Positions 1 to 12,500 of a stretch of 64,000 bases of DNA are shown here, in pieces. Position 1 is the first letter of the stretch. Every line of letters starts with the position of its first letter. The stretch comes from Fimbriosthenelais zetlandica (taxonomy: Eukaryota). Location of the stretch: contig OZ365116.1 of NCBI GenBank assembly GCA_977030845.1, positions 16,864,001 to 16,928,000 on the forward strand. The letters are read 5' to 3'. The notes beneath the pieces are model-generated. The model did not search any database. It was not told the origin of the DNA and saw nothing but the letters and a program-made list of their open reading frames with translations. Both the position numbers and the translations under genes were made by a program.

Positions 1-1508
1 TCGAATTCTGAACATAAAGAACTCTCACAAACTGATACTATCTTCTTGAACTCCTACTTTTTAGCTCTTCGAATCCAGGAATACATCTACAGAATTTGGA
101 GAAGAGGAATTTATGTGTATTCGTCTTGTGTCAGAGAAGGTGCTAAAACTAGAGTGAGTACGGTAGTAACTGAGTACGGTATCATCAATAAACAAAGAGT
201 GTGTTGTGTTTGATCATCTCTCCTATCCTCGGACAGGCAGCCAACCGGGGCAGCCACTGAGACAGGGCGAGACAACGGTGTACAGAAACTATAAACAAAC
301 CAATAATTACTCTTTACACGTTATTTAATAGATATTAGAGAGACTGAGTTTGGAAGAGCTTAGATTTACAGCTGGCCAGTGAGGTTGTTCCCACGCTACT
401 CGCTAAGGTATATTATAGGCCATGTCATGTGCGGAGATCCGCGACACCCGATTGAAAAAGGGACGAAAACCGCATAAAATACAACTGACACATCTCAATA
501 TTGACATGAATCGATACTCTATATGATTCTGCACCCACTGGTAGTATCACAACACATAGTAATGGATACTTGTTAATAATACGAAAGAAAACTTACCGAA
601 GATTTGTAGCGTGGTCTCGAATTGGTGGCGTGGGTCGCCATTTTGGTAACCTCCTCTCCGAACTCGGTTTGTATCCTCTTCTCTGATTGGTCGAATCCAT
701 AGAGCTCTCCCACATCGCACCAATCACAGGTGTTCTTGAATATCTGCGGTGCTACTTCAGATGTAACTGGTTCTGTGGCGATATTTTGCTCTCTTTTTTG
801 CTAGTCCCGCCCAAAATCTGTCTATGAATATACTCATATTGTAAATATTGCTTTTTTTCAGGAAAGAACCCCGAGCGTGTTTTGAAAATGTTGATTTTAA
901 ACTCCTACCTATGGCGATAACCCAATATGCGGTAAGTAGTCTAAATTAATCTTCTGTGATATTTATTAATTAAATATTTATGGTAATAAATAGTTGTAAA
1001 ATACCTAAAGTTAACCTATAATTATAATAGGCCTAGGCAAAACCATTGTGACGTTCACTATTAAATCTAAATTTGTTTTTTTACCCATGAAATTATGTAG
1101 AAGTTATATCAAACTGAAGATCGACAGAACACTGGGCGAATTACAGTGACGTCCATCAGAGACATTCTCTCTAACACCATAAGTGCTTCACTGAAATCTG
1201 GAGACGGAAGCTTCCGCAGGATCTTTAACAGTCTGGCACGAGTAAGCATCCCACTCCTGTGATAATTCAGGATACATTTTCTTGCAAACAATTATTAAAC
1301 AATTCCCACATTTTAATCCTGCATGTATGGATTTGAATCATAGATCTATCAGCTCTGATAACGGGTTACCCATAACCTATAATGTAACAATGGAATAATC
1401 TTTTAATGTTCTGAAAATGCCTATTTTTTTCAGCCCGATGTGAAGGAGGTTACCAAAGTAGATTATATTTCCTGGATTCCGTACTTCACATCACTTGAAC
1501 CAGAATGA
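1..1508 (+). CDS. 3' part of an unidentified multi-exon gene with a degenerate EF-hand-like motif (5' end lies left of the window)
   Basis: Phase-consistent chain: 65..153 (frame also open back to base 1; donor GTGAGT), 332..378 (GTGAGG), 862..931 (GTAAGT), 1101..1241 (GTAAGC), 1434..1508 (TGA). Peptide: ...LRIQEYIYRIWRRGIYVYSSCVREGAKTR/ILERLSLEELRFTAGQ/KEPRACFENVDFKLLPMAITQYA/KLYQTEDRQNTGRITVTSIRDILSNTISASLKSGDGSFRRIFNSLAR/PDVKEVTKVDYISWIPYFTSLEPE*. DRQNTGRITVTS resembles an EF loop but lacks the acidic position 12. AATAAA near 1658 and 1717. Confidence 0.72.
597..641 (-). CDS. Candidate first coding exon of an antisense gene running off the left edge (MATHATNSRPRYKSS)
   Basis: caaaATGGCG start context at 641 and a perfect GTAAGT donor after 15 codons (596-591). 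Promoter-like motifs lie immediately upstream. No downstream exon could be confirmed inside the window. Confidence 0.3.
660..830. promoter_or_regulatory. Promoter-like segment inside intron 379..861 of the left-hand gene
   Basis: ATTGG at 686-690, CCAAT at 720-724 and a GC-box-like CCCGCCC near 806, directly 5' of the minus-strand ATG at 641. Motif evidence only. Confidence 0.35.
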
Positions 1509-4500
1509 GGGAATTAAAGAAGATGGACAACATTATGATGGTATCAGGCCTCCTAATCCCTGATACATTAAAACATTATAATTTATATATAGGAAAAATA
1601 GGCATTTTAGACGTAACATATCAGTTTTCAAATACGTAATAACGATTTTGAACGTGAAATAAAGATATGTGTATATGAATATGTGAAATGTTACTGGCTT
1701 GTAAAGTCACCGATTCTAATAAAAGAGAAATCGCATTATAGTCACATCATTTATACATTCAATTCTATATTACGAAAGAACATAAATTCGTAGATCATTA
1801 ATGAGATTATGGAAATCTAGCTGCAACTTTATAGTTTTATTTTCTGTATAAAACTACCTACTGTACATCCATACCTACAAGTTGATGTTTGCTATGTGGG
1901 GGCCACTCACAGGGTCCCACACAACCACAAGGGCACACAGTGTTCACTTGTCAATGCACGTGTCCTCCCACAAGGCGGACAGTGGATGCTTTACACATCA
2001 CTACAGCAATAAATTATTTTTCTCATTCGTAGCAAATTCATCATACATAATATAAAAACTGACCCTTACTTGTACTGACACTATGCATACTACACATAAT
2101 CTAACAAAAAGGCAATATAATAACAAGTATTCCCAACAAACAAACACTCATGTATTCTCTTCAGGAATTGGGGATAGAGTGGGGGACTGGAAGGTGTTCC
2201 CTCTCATCATTATTTTGGGGGAGGTGTATGTGTATACTCATACATCTTATAATGGTATCACTCATAGAGGGAGCCACTGACGATTCTACTGGGACATGTG
2301 CTCACAAAACAATGAAATGTATTCCAAGGGAATTTGCGATACCTTAGGGAATGAAGCAAAAACAACACTGTATAATTGAGAATATCATATATGAGGGGGA
2401 TTGTCATGACTAAAGAAAGGGAACACTCAACTTAAGCCACTGCAAACAGTAGTACACAAGATTGGAAATTACAGAAAAAATGATGTACAATTAATGCATG
2501 AATGACATGCTAATTGTTGGCTCATCATGAGGGACTGCATAATTATAAAAATAACCTTGTCGGCTAGTGGCTCAAAAATACTTAAAAAAATCAAATAATC
2601 GTACAAAAAATTAATAATGATAACCAAATGGTTTAACTCCCAAAGAAAAGGATACTATAACAAAGGATGCTTGCTTGCTGTGAGGTACTCTGGATTTCGA
2701 ATTGGTTTTCGCAATGCATAAACAAATGACCAAATATTATGTTATAATAAAACAGAAATCGTGAGGAGAAAAAGTAGTAAGTTTAAATTTTTACATCGGA
2801 TATAGCAATCCACTAGCACATCCCAAGCAGAAGTAACCCCCATAACAAAATAAAATCTCAAAGTATGATAGGCTTCTATAAGCCGTCTATAGCACACTTG
2901 ATGAAGTGTGGCTTTAAGTTGGTTTAAAGATGGAGATCTCGTCAATAAGAATGAAAATAAGGTAATAATATAAACAGGGACCTTTTACATCATAAGACTA
3001 AAACTATACAGGTATATACATGACAAAAAATAATCACCTCTAGTAAAATATTCAAAATATTATGTGTGTAGAATACATTAATATTAATAATAATTATTAT
3101 AATAAAAAAATGTACCGATGAAGGCACTGCCGACAGCCGAAGCATTGTGGTTGTCAGCACGCTATATAACTTATGTTCTTGGTTAAATATTTTACTAAAA
3201 AACAAAAATCGCTCAGTTTACTTCAAAAAATCTGCAGGGAAAATAATCGAGAGGAAATAAAATATTCTAAATGTAACATTGGTGGTAACTACATCATATT
3301 TCAGATGTAGAAATGATACATCTTTATGTTTTTTCTGCTTATGTTATCTAAGATACCAAGTATGTGAGAATCGGTATTAATATGGTTTCAGGCAGAAACC
3401 TCGCTCATAATCGATGTATTATTTTTTGCAACGAAAGTCTTTCTCTTGATTGAAAAAGTAGAACAGAAACCCTGGGAACACTGATGGGGCAAGCAGGTGC
3501 TAGAGTTACAAGATCATTTACTTGATCGTGTGGACATGAGATCCTAACAATTGACTGACTCTCAGCCATCTTTACATGCAAACTTTCATCGTTTGAATGT
3601 CACCTGCAACACATCATATAAGAGAGTAACTCTACCACTGGATTTAACCAACTATACCACGCCATATACATTTTAAGAGTAGAATCTTTTTAAAGGCTAC
3701 ACCCATGCTTTCTAAAAACTCCAAACCAGACAAAACACAACAGTAACTCCAAGTGCATCAGACAATTATTACCATATATTAGAGTGATATGAGGGCGAGA
3801 GAAAAATAACATCCATTTACCAACTGGTTTTTCTCAGGGTTGGGGTCTTTGAGGGAGTGGGGAATGAGTAGTGGTGGGTAGTGGGCGTTTTTTGTTCTGA
3901 ATGGCAGACTACTTGTGTACTGTACTCTGACTGTACTCTTTGAATTCTCTACGCCACGATAGTGAGGTATGTAAACCCTACGTTTTTTCAAGGCGAACTT
4001 GCTGCCTCTGATACTAGATTCTGCTGCCTTTATGGGTCCATTTTTTTTTTTACAGTGGATGGTTTTAGAAACAATGTTTTTCTGCTGTTTCAATGGTTTT
4101 GTTTCGGTTATCAGTGAGCAGAACTTTAAAAATTCCATATGTTCCAAACTAATTATCATCTCGGTGCAACAAGACGAATTACAAATGGTAAAACAAGCAA
4201 TGATATGTCAGTGCTTAATGGGTTTTGAAAACATGAAGTTTCTATTGATTCAACAAATCCTAAGGTGCACATAAAGTCCAAATTCTGTCATATTACGACA
4301 TGGAAAACTCAATCATGTTTCTTAACTCCTTTTCTTCACTTTCCGTACATACCTTGGACACATTTTCGCTGAATCTGATATGTCTTCTAAGGTACACAGG
4401 AGCAAACATCGAATAATAATTCAGGTATTCTTTCCTAGAAAGAACAGTGGACTAGACTGTTTCAGCGGACAGTGAGACTTCACAATTTTGCAAAGAATGA

Positions 4501-6595
4501 CCAGTTATGAAGCTGATAATAGGTTGAGAGGAGTGGATAGTCCTGGCAGTTTAATATTTGCATTAATAATGGAGGGGCGTATCACAGCCTTGGTGTATAA
4601 ATTAGGTCTGGGCTACTCCTATATTCAGATAGTTCATCCAGCGGTTTATAGAGGTGCAACTAACACAAAATTGATGTCAGTCAGTCAACATTTTCACTGT
4701 CTGCCGACTCACTTCTCAGGAAATTAAAGAAACAAGTCTAAGCAGTGCAGGGGAAGTATTACAAGATAAAAACATAGAATAGAAGATTAATGTAGTTTCA
4801 CTCTAATAGTATCCGTATAGCACACCAGAGACCACTGTTAATACAGAGAGACAATGATATATATTGTACATATTAGTTTTTTCAGTGTATTTTTTCATTT
4901 GACCCTGATATGGAAAGTACAGGCAATTCATGAACCGTTATGACTAAAGGATCGCACCTCAAGATAGAATAATTCATTAATAGTCTTCCTAACTGTAAGC
5001 CCAGTTCGCTATTCTCATTTCATCTTTCTTTTCCTTGGCTGAATAGACATAAAAATACTTGAGGTTAGAATATATAATATATATGCATACATTTTTAGAT
5101 TCTGTATACATTTTATATACAAGTACACTTTGACGTAGCTGATGTGAGTATCCCTGATGTCAAGAATTTGAATGGAGTCTCTCATTTTCACTGACAAACC
5201 TTGGTAGAAAATGTTTCCCCATCTGACCGAGACTAAACTACAGCTGCTTGTTTTGCATTTAAATTTTTCACACAAATTGCATTGTAAATGGTTAACCAAG
5301 TGCACACACTCACACATACATAAAGATAAGTATGAGGACATAATTCGTCCCATTTCGTTGCTTTTGAGGATTATGAATTCATTAAAATATCCTCAACGTT
5401 CCCTTTATCTTAAATCCCAGAGATATATATTGCACTCCTGCAAAAGTTTCCTTTTCTGAGAACTTGATAAAAATCTGGTATTGATTCGGTACAAATATAA
5501 TGCACTCTATGCACTTGTTCAAATCCCCGGCCGACTTATAAAAGAAGTTTATCTCAGCAATTATGTTCTACAAGTTCAGCTTGACTATTCTCAATGTGAA
5601 CTTCCCTATGAATGCATTTTCATGTTTTGTTCTGAATATACACAAGAACTACAGACACAGACCCTGTTCAAGTTTATGTGCATAAGCTCAAGCCCTCTAT
5701 GGTCATTTAGTCAAGGAGAACAAAATGTCATTTTTCCTCAGGCAATCATTGTGAGATCAATTAGCTCTATATATTAGCCTATGCATATTTTAACCTAAAT
5801 TTCAAAGCCAAGTCTTCGTTCTCAACCCAATGACTTTCGGTTAGCAATTCTAAATTATTCTCAATACATGTTTCTCTCCAGAAAGGAAAAATAGAAATCT
5901 ACTCATCATTTCCACTGACTGAAAGTACTCATTTGCAAGTACAAGTTCCTTCATTAACATATCTCTCAATAGATCTAACTGTGCCACACAATACACGTGT
6001 ATTAATCTAGATCACTAAGGTGCACATCTGTACCTTAGTATCCACCAATCTTAGAACGATTATCTATATATTCCATGGGAATATCTCACTCAGAATTTAA
6101 CACTCAAAAGTTACATATTATGAAGATCCCACAAATGTCTAATTTATCAAAGGCATCAAAAGATTAATTTTTCCTTCTTGTGCCCATAAAGCTGGCCTCG
6201 AACACGGAAAATAGCCCTGAAGATAGTGAGAGAGCCTATGAGGGATATACCTACAAGGCTGAGTACCATTTCAATCCAATATTTACCCACATATTAATAA
6301 TAGTCAACGGTTTCATTCTCAACCATTGTAAAGGTTGAATACCAACCATTCGTTCACTAGGATTCTTACAACTCCATCGTATCAGGTCTAGCTTACTTCA
6401 CTCATGCTCTTCACATTTAACACAATAATACCAGAATACCTGCTTAACTTTTATAATATTCATACACCTGGACCCTAAGCAGTCTGGCCCCCCTATGGTT
6501 TGGTTCTGAGAGGAGGCCTGGGGGTGTTGACCCTGAGATTGTCCTGTGTGTGTGTTATCGGGGACCAGCAGTGTGTCAGTGAGTCGGTGAGTTGC

Positions 6596-9500
6596 TCACT
6601 TCCTCCTGTGTTTTCGGTAGCGATGTCGGGAGTAGATGGAAGGGTGGATTTTGTGCGCGGTTTCGCGAGGTAGACTGGTGAGAGGCACAATCTGCTGGCG
6701 ATACTCTTCAACTTGACTCTCCAAAACCCACGAGTCAGGCAAACTAAAAGAGAGAGATATAAAACAAATTTATACAATTGTATCATTTTGTTTTGAGTGC
6801 TCCCTTCGATTGGTGTTTGAAGATGTCATTTCTAGCAATTATTTAACAGGCTGTCGGGAGTATTTATCATGATTATGGATCATGAATGAAGTTCATGAAT
6901 TAACAAGCTCAGAAGTGAGTTAATGTATTCACAGTGACGTGGGTGGTAATACTTACATATCTTTGGGCGTCCACCGTAACAAAACCTTAACCTTCCCCGA
7001 ACATTCGATTTTACGAGCTATCACCTGCAACAAAGAATAAACTCTTTTAAAACGGTTATAATAAAAATAGTTTTAAACCTTATTAAATCTTATCTAAAAC
7101 TATCTGCCTATTTATGATTTATAGGTGGAGTTTCAAGGACATGAAGGCTCTACAAGAAGTCACCAATAACCTGCCTGTCTGTGGTGTAAGATAGATGTGT
7201 GTTAGAACCATGTAGATCAATGAATCATGTCATATTGTTTCCTCTGTTAGATGAGAGTCAGTAGCCAATGATCTAATGCTTCAATCCACGTCCACATGAG
7301 GCAGATCCGGACTCCCGGCTAATGCCATTACATGCTGGACAAACACCCACAATGATAAAATAGCCTCACATACAAGACAAATCAATACAATGTCAACGCT
7401 GCCTTTCTTTGCCCTCATTGCCTCTTGGCAACAACTTGGGGAGTCAATAGTACTCCCCAGCTGCCCCTACTTCACCATTCATGTTGACAAAGTCTGCCCG
7501 GGCCTGACTTAATTAGCTTCCACAATTAAGCAACCACTACACACAAATAGAATGTTTATTAACCCTTCCCTTTTCTCCATTTTTCTCTGAAAGTTTGCTC
7601 ATGAAGATTCAAAACAGGAAGGGGAACTACAATGAACATCTCCATGGCTTTGAATAAAAGATAAAAAGATAAAAGAAGGCATGGGAAGATAGTTGAGGAG
7701 GTATGGAAATCCATATCATCAAGGGAAACTGGCATCCATGCCTTAAGTGCTCCTTCTTCCTATAATATAACCAGTGAAGCTGAGACGTGAATCCTTCAGG
7801 AGGAGAGCCAGGCACGGCTCCACGAGAGGCGGGCTTCATCCAGGCGCGTAACTAGGGGCAACAAGAGTTGAGGCGGAACCAGCGGCATCAATAATTTGAT
7901 GCCATCGTCACCACCGCGTGCCGCATGAAGAGAAGGCCGGGGGTCCAACTAATCCACTACTACTACCACCTCAGCCAGGGGAGAGGGTAGTGGAGGGGCT
8001 GGCTCACTGTGGATGTGCACTGACTGTGATGGAGAAAATACTTCACCTTCCATACAGGCAGAGTGGAGAGCCATAGGCCTTAATACACCATATAGCTCTT
8101 AATATAGACTACAGCTGTGATTCAAACCAGAAGATACAGATATAGCTCAGACTCATATAGGCAGTTCTGGATACATTGCCAATGTGAACCATTATAGAAA
8201 AAGGGGCTGATACTGATACTGTATATGCAACTTGGAATAACAACATAACAGCACACTCATCTTGTTCAAGGACGGCTTGAATTATTCCCAGGTAAACTAA
8301 GACTCAGCAAGTGACATGCAAGGTTGATTGTGTGAAGCTGGCCTAGGGTAAGTGGAGCTGCCTCTAAAATGGAAACTAAATCCACCACCCTGGCTTTTAA
8401 CACGCAATATCCAACCAATATTCCCTCTCTATACCATACCACTCCATGGTCTACACCAGTTACAATTGTATCTGTTACAAAGGCCCCTTCAGGCCGCAAA
8501 AGGATCAAAGAAGGATAGTTTATTGGTATAGGGAAGAGGAGTAACCATGTCTAGGTTACCTGACGAGGTTCAGACTTTAATAGACTGTCTGGGTGAGACT
8601 CGCACTCTCAGTGACTGGCTCATCTACGGAGATGAGGGGAAGGTGACCCTGGTGCTCCAGTGGGAGGCGGAAGCTGGCAGTGGGAAGGAGAGGAAGTCTA
8701 ATACCACCCCTCAACTCCTCCAGGGAGTAGGTGGGAAACACCTGGAGGGGGAGGGGGGAGGGGAGGAGGGGAAGACAGCATGTGGAGGTTTACAAAACAA
8801 AGCAGCAGCAGCCTTGGTCAGATGTAAAGGCTTGCAGGCAGGTCAGAATCAAGAGGGGAATATAGTGAGACAGAACAATATGACTGGTACTATTACAGGC
8901 ACCACTTCAACATGCACCACCTCGACCACCACCACCACCACCACCCCTAGAATCAATAACTCCATCCTCGCCCACCTTCAGAGAGGCTGCCAATTCTTAT
9001 GTGATGTAGGCATGGCCGATTTTCGGACTAATTCTGATGAGAGTTATTCAGCCTTTGTGTCAAGCAGGCAGCATAACAGAGACAGTGAGCATCTGAGGTC
9101 ACCAGCTGAGCAGCTCACAGATGAGGAAGGTATGACCTCAGGAGCTGAGTCTGTCTACACGGATTGTTCCCCATCTCCCACTCTCTCCCAGTCCTCGGCT
9201 CACAGACCTCAACTGTTGCTCCTTGACAAAGACAAGCGTACCGGTGATCATCTAAATCCTTCACAGACATCTCCTTCTACTTCTAAACCCAGAAAACGTC
9301 AGAGAAGGCATAATAAAGCTCAGATCGATAAACAGACCAGTATCAGCATGCCCAGCCTGCTCACCAGTGGCCTTGATTCAAACTCAAGTGATAACAACAG
9401 CGACCAGGTTAAGAAAGGTAAAACCAAATGGACAGGTACTGTGGTGGCTTTATTGAAGAGGAAAATGTCTCGGTCAAAAGCGTCCGACTCTTCTGGTTCA

Positions 9501-12500
9501 ACGACAGTGCAGAAAACACCCCCTGCTGCAAAAAACGATCCTTGGGTGCAACGATGGAGCACAGCTAGTCGGAGTAGGTCCCCGAAGAGAAAAAGTGTCC
9601 CTAACGTTCAAATATCATCAGATAGTGAAGTTCAACGACCTTTAAGTGAGAAGGACAGGGAGTTGGTGGGAGGTGTGAGTCCCCATACAATGGCCGGGGT
9701 ACCGACTGTGCCTTCATCACCTCGCGTTAAACCATTCATGGATACGAGGAGTGAGCTGGAGGTAAAACGGTCAAGACCTAAGGAGGATTTCCACAGAGGG
9801 AGCATGTCAGTCGGCTCACCGGATGCTGACGGCATGATCACAGTGGTGGCTGATGTACATCGCCAATTCTCCCTGGAGCAGAATAAAGCACTGAGGTCCA
9901 GGACTCCTACCAGAGACAGCAGTCTGACGAGTGGAGGGGGAGGTGGGGGCAGTGGATCCATTGAGAGAGTTTTATCCATAAAAGCTGAACAAGATAAGGA
10001 GACAAGTAACACAGATGGCACTGACTTGATGGGAGGTGATAATGACAGGTCAAAGGCACCTGGTACAGACAGTATTAAGAGCAACTCCGAGCCCCTCAAC
10101 AAAAACCAAGAGCAAGTCAAACCAGAGGCTGGTCCATCACCATCAGGAGCATTATCAACAAAAGGGGTCAACAAGTCCTGTCCTGGCTCAAATGGTTCAC
10201 AGAGATATCTGACCACAGAGACTAATGGAGTGAAGGCAGAAAGCACTGAATCTCTCACGTCCAACAATGACAGAGATAAGAGCAGTGATTCAGCCATAGC
10301 CTACCCCTCACCTACTGATTTATTCGCGGCACAAGAGGATAGTTTAAGTCTGTCTGATATAACAGTGTCTTCAGAAGTGACTACTGGCCCTCCTGTAGAC
10401 TTATTATGTAGGAGCTCGACCTCTGAAGATATTGACCATATGGACAGTGCCAGTAACCACCTCCAGGCTGTCGATGGAGGAGGGGGAGGTGGCGGATCTT
10501 CCTCCAGTGGAAATAACCCTTCCACATCAGAACTGAGTGAGATCAGACATCTCTTAATGGGCGTGATCAAAGACTACCAAACAGAGACGTGGGTGAAGCA
10601 ACACAACACCAACTCCTCTACCAGGCAAGATGTGGTTAAAAGACAGGAGAAAAACGGACCAGAAGCAGGCACTCAAGGTGCTGACGATACAAGTGGTATG
10701 GAATGTACAACTCCAGGGTTAAAGCCTAATAGTGACTGCCAGCCCAGAAATGAGTTTGTCAATAACGTGCATAAAAACACAGAAGGCAATGTTGGTCTGG
10801 ATATTAAAACCAAAGCGCCTAAAACTAACAAGGAAAAAGGGCCTGAAAGATTAATAGTACCCAAAAATACGAGCATTACAGCAAATCCCAAGTTGAAATC
10901 ATCTCCCAACAAGGAGAAGGCACAGGGGAGTAATAACAACTCCATCTTATCTGATAAGACTTCAAAGCCAAGCAGTGCAGGCCCCACCTTGGAGGTTTTA
11001 GACAAGTTTACCTGCTCCCGTGGACGTATGAACGAGCTACGCCCAAAACTGAAACGGTTCTGGGAGGAGAAGCTGGGGGAAAGGGTGAGAATGTTAACGG
11101 TGTTAGACGCGAAGAGGGCAAATCCTAAAGCCAAGCCGAGACTGTTAGTAGCTGAGATAACGGACTTTAATGTGGTCACTCAGGATGATCCCGTTAACAA
11201 GGATAACAGCACGGCTCACTGCGTGGTCAAGGTACATTTCATGGGTCAGGATCATTGTTATGATCGCTGGCTTCGTCCCTCTGAATTAGCCAAAGCAGCT
11301 TTTTCCCAAAGAACCTTTTAAAAGGCTTGTTGACTCCCACCATTCAGCTCCATCGACCCGTGTGTGCTTATTGATTATTTCATTTCCTCGTGCTGCATCG
11401 ATTGTGTTTTGTCTAGAAATATTGATTATATCCCCACCACAGAGCCGCTACATATATAACCATTTCTGATCAACACAGTTTTTAAAGTGTCTGCTTTCAA
11501 AGTAGGAAACTATCAAAATATAGAGCGGGAGGGGATGAATGCAGTCTATTGTAAGCAGCTTTATTTATATTGCCCCGACATAACAGGTCCCCGCATACAT
11601 CCACATGCGATTCCTGGAGGAAATGAAGACTGATGAATTATGCATAGTGAACTGGTGCTAGTGGCTTATTAGGCTGCAAACTGATATCAAATTTCACAAA
11701 CGAGCCACCTTCCTTTCCTCCTTTGCGTTTTTATATGTGAAGAAAGCTTTAATTATATAGAATAATAAATGTAAAATTCTGGATGGAAGGAACTAGTGCC
11801 ATAAATCGTCTAAGACCAGTCATTGTCGAGGGACTAATCCCTGGAATAAAAGCCACGTAACAAAGGCCTGGTCGCTTCAATGTGATAAAAGCAAGGCTTC
11901 CTTCTTCAGATCAATGTCTGGCGAGGCAGATTTACCAGCCTTTCCTATCCCTTAATACATTCCATCACGAGAGCTACCGTGTCACCATTTTATGTCATTA
12001 ATTCCCCATCTCTGTCCCGGAAAACCAATGTCAGTTCTCTTGTTATTGCGGAGTAAGGAAGCAATGAATAAAACAGGACATCTATATCAACTCAAACTTA
12101 ATCATTAAAATATTCTGTTGCAGCGCACGTATATCAGGTGCAATTAATTATTTCTGTAGCCATTCAATTTTCATCCTCATATGATATCCCTACTAAGAGC
12201 ACCTTTAAGGAAGATTTTATCTTCCTTTTCAAAATTGTAATCAAAATTATGGAGTTGTCGGACTTCAGATGAAACACAATAAACCTCAAAGTGTCAATTA
12301 TGGAATGAAAAGATTGCTGGGATTTTTAAGAGCTCTGTTGACGCCAACAGTCATGGACATCCACCTATCTAATTCACGATCCTAAACAGAGGATCCCAAT
12401 AGGACGGCATCGATGGCAAGTAATTGGTAATGCAAGACTTTGGAGTGTCATCAGAATGCGTTGAGAAAGCTACTTATTATCGCAGTCAGCTTCAAAATTA

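Noticed and set aside
380-382. In-frame TGA after ...FTAGQ, considered as a gene end or selenocysteine codon
   Set aside because: It lies within a GTGAGG donor at 379. Splicing there (phase 2) joins cleanly to the exon at 862, so no recoding is needed.
2742-4434. Minus-strand ORFs 2742..2945 and 3779..4159 and an exon-like 4353..4434 (KEYLNYYSMFAPVYLRRHIRFSENVSK, with AG/GT ends)
   Set aside because: They could not be chained in phase into a gene and resemble nothing I recognise. A hidden gene in 1.6-6.5 kb is not excluded; RNA-seq would decide.
7841-7903. CAGGCGCGTAACTAGGGG, resembling a MITE terminus, plus a GGCATCAA-n4-TTGATGCC hairpin
   Set aside because: No matching second terminus or target-site duplication found; too little to call an element.
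9320-11179. Minus-strand ORFs of 80-221 aa overlapping the 924-aa ORF
   Set aside because: Antisense shadows of the long coding frame, with no splice support as AEBP2 exons.
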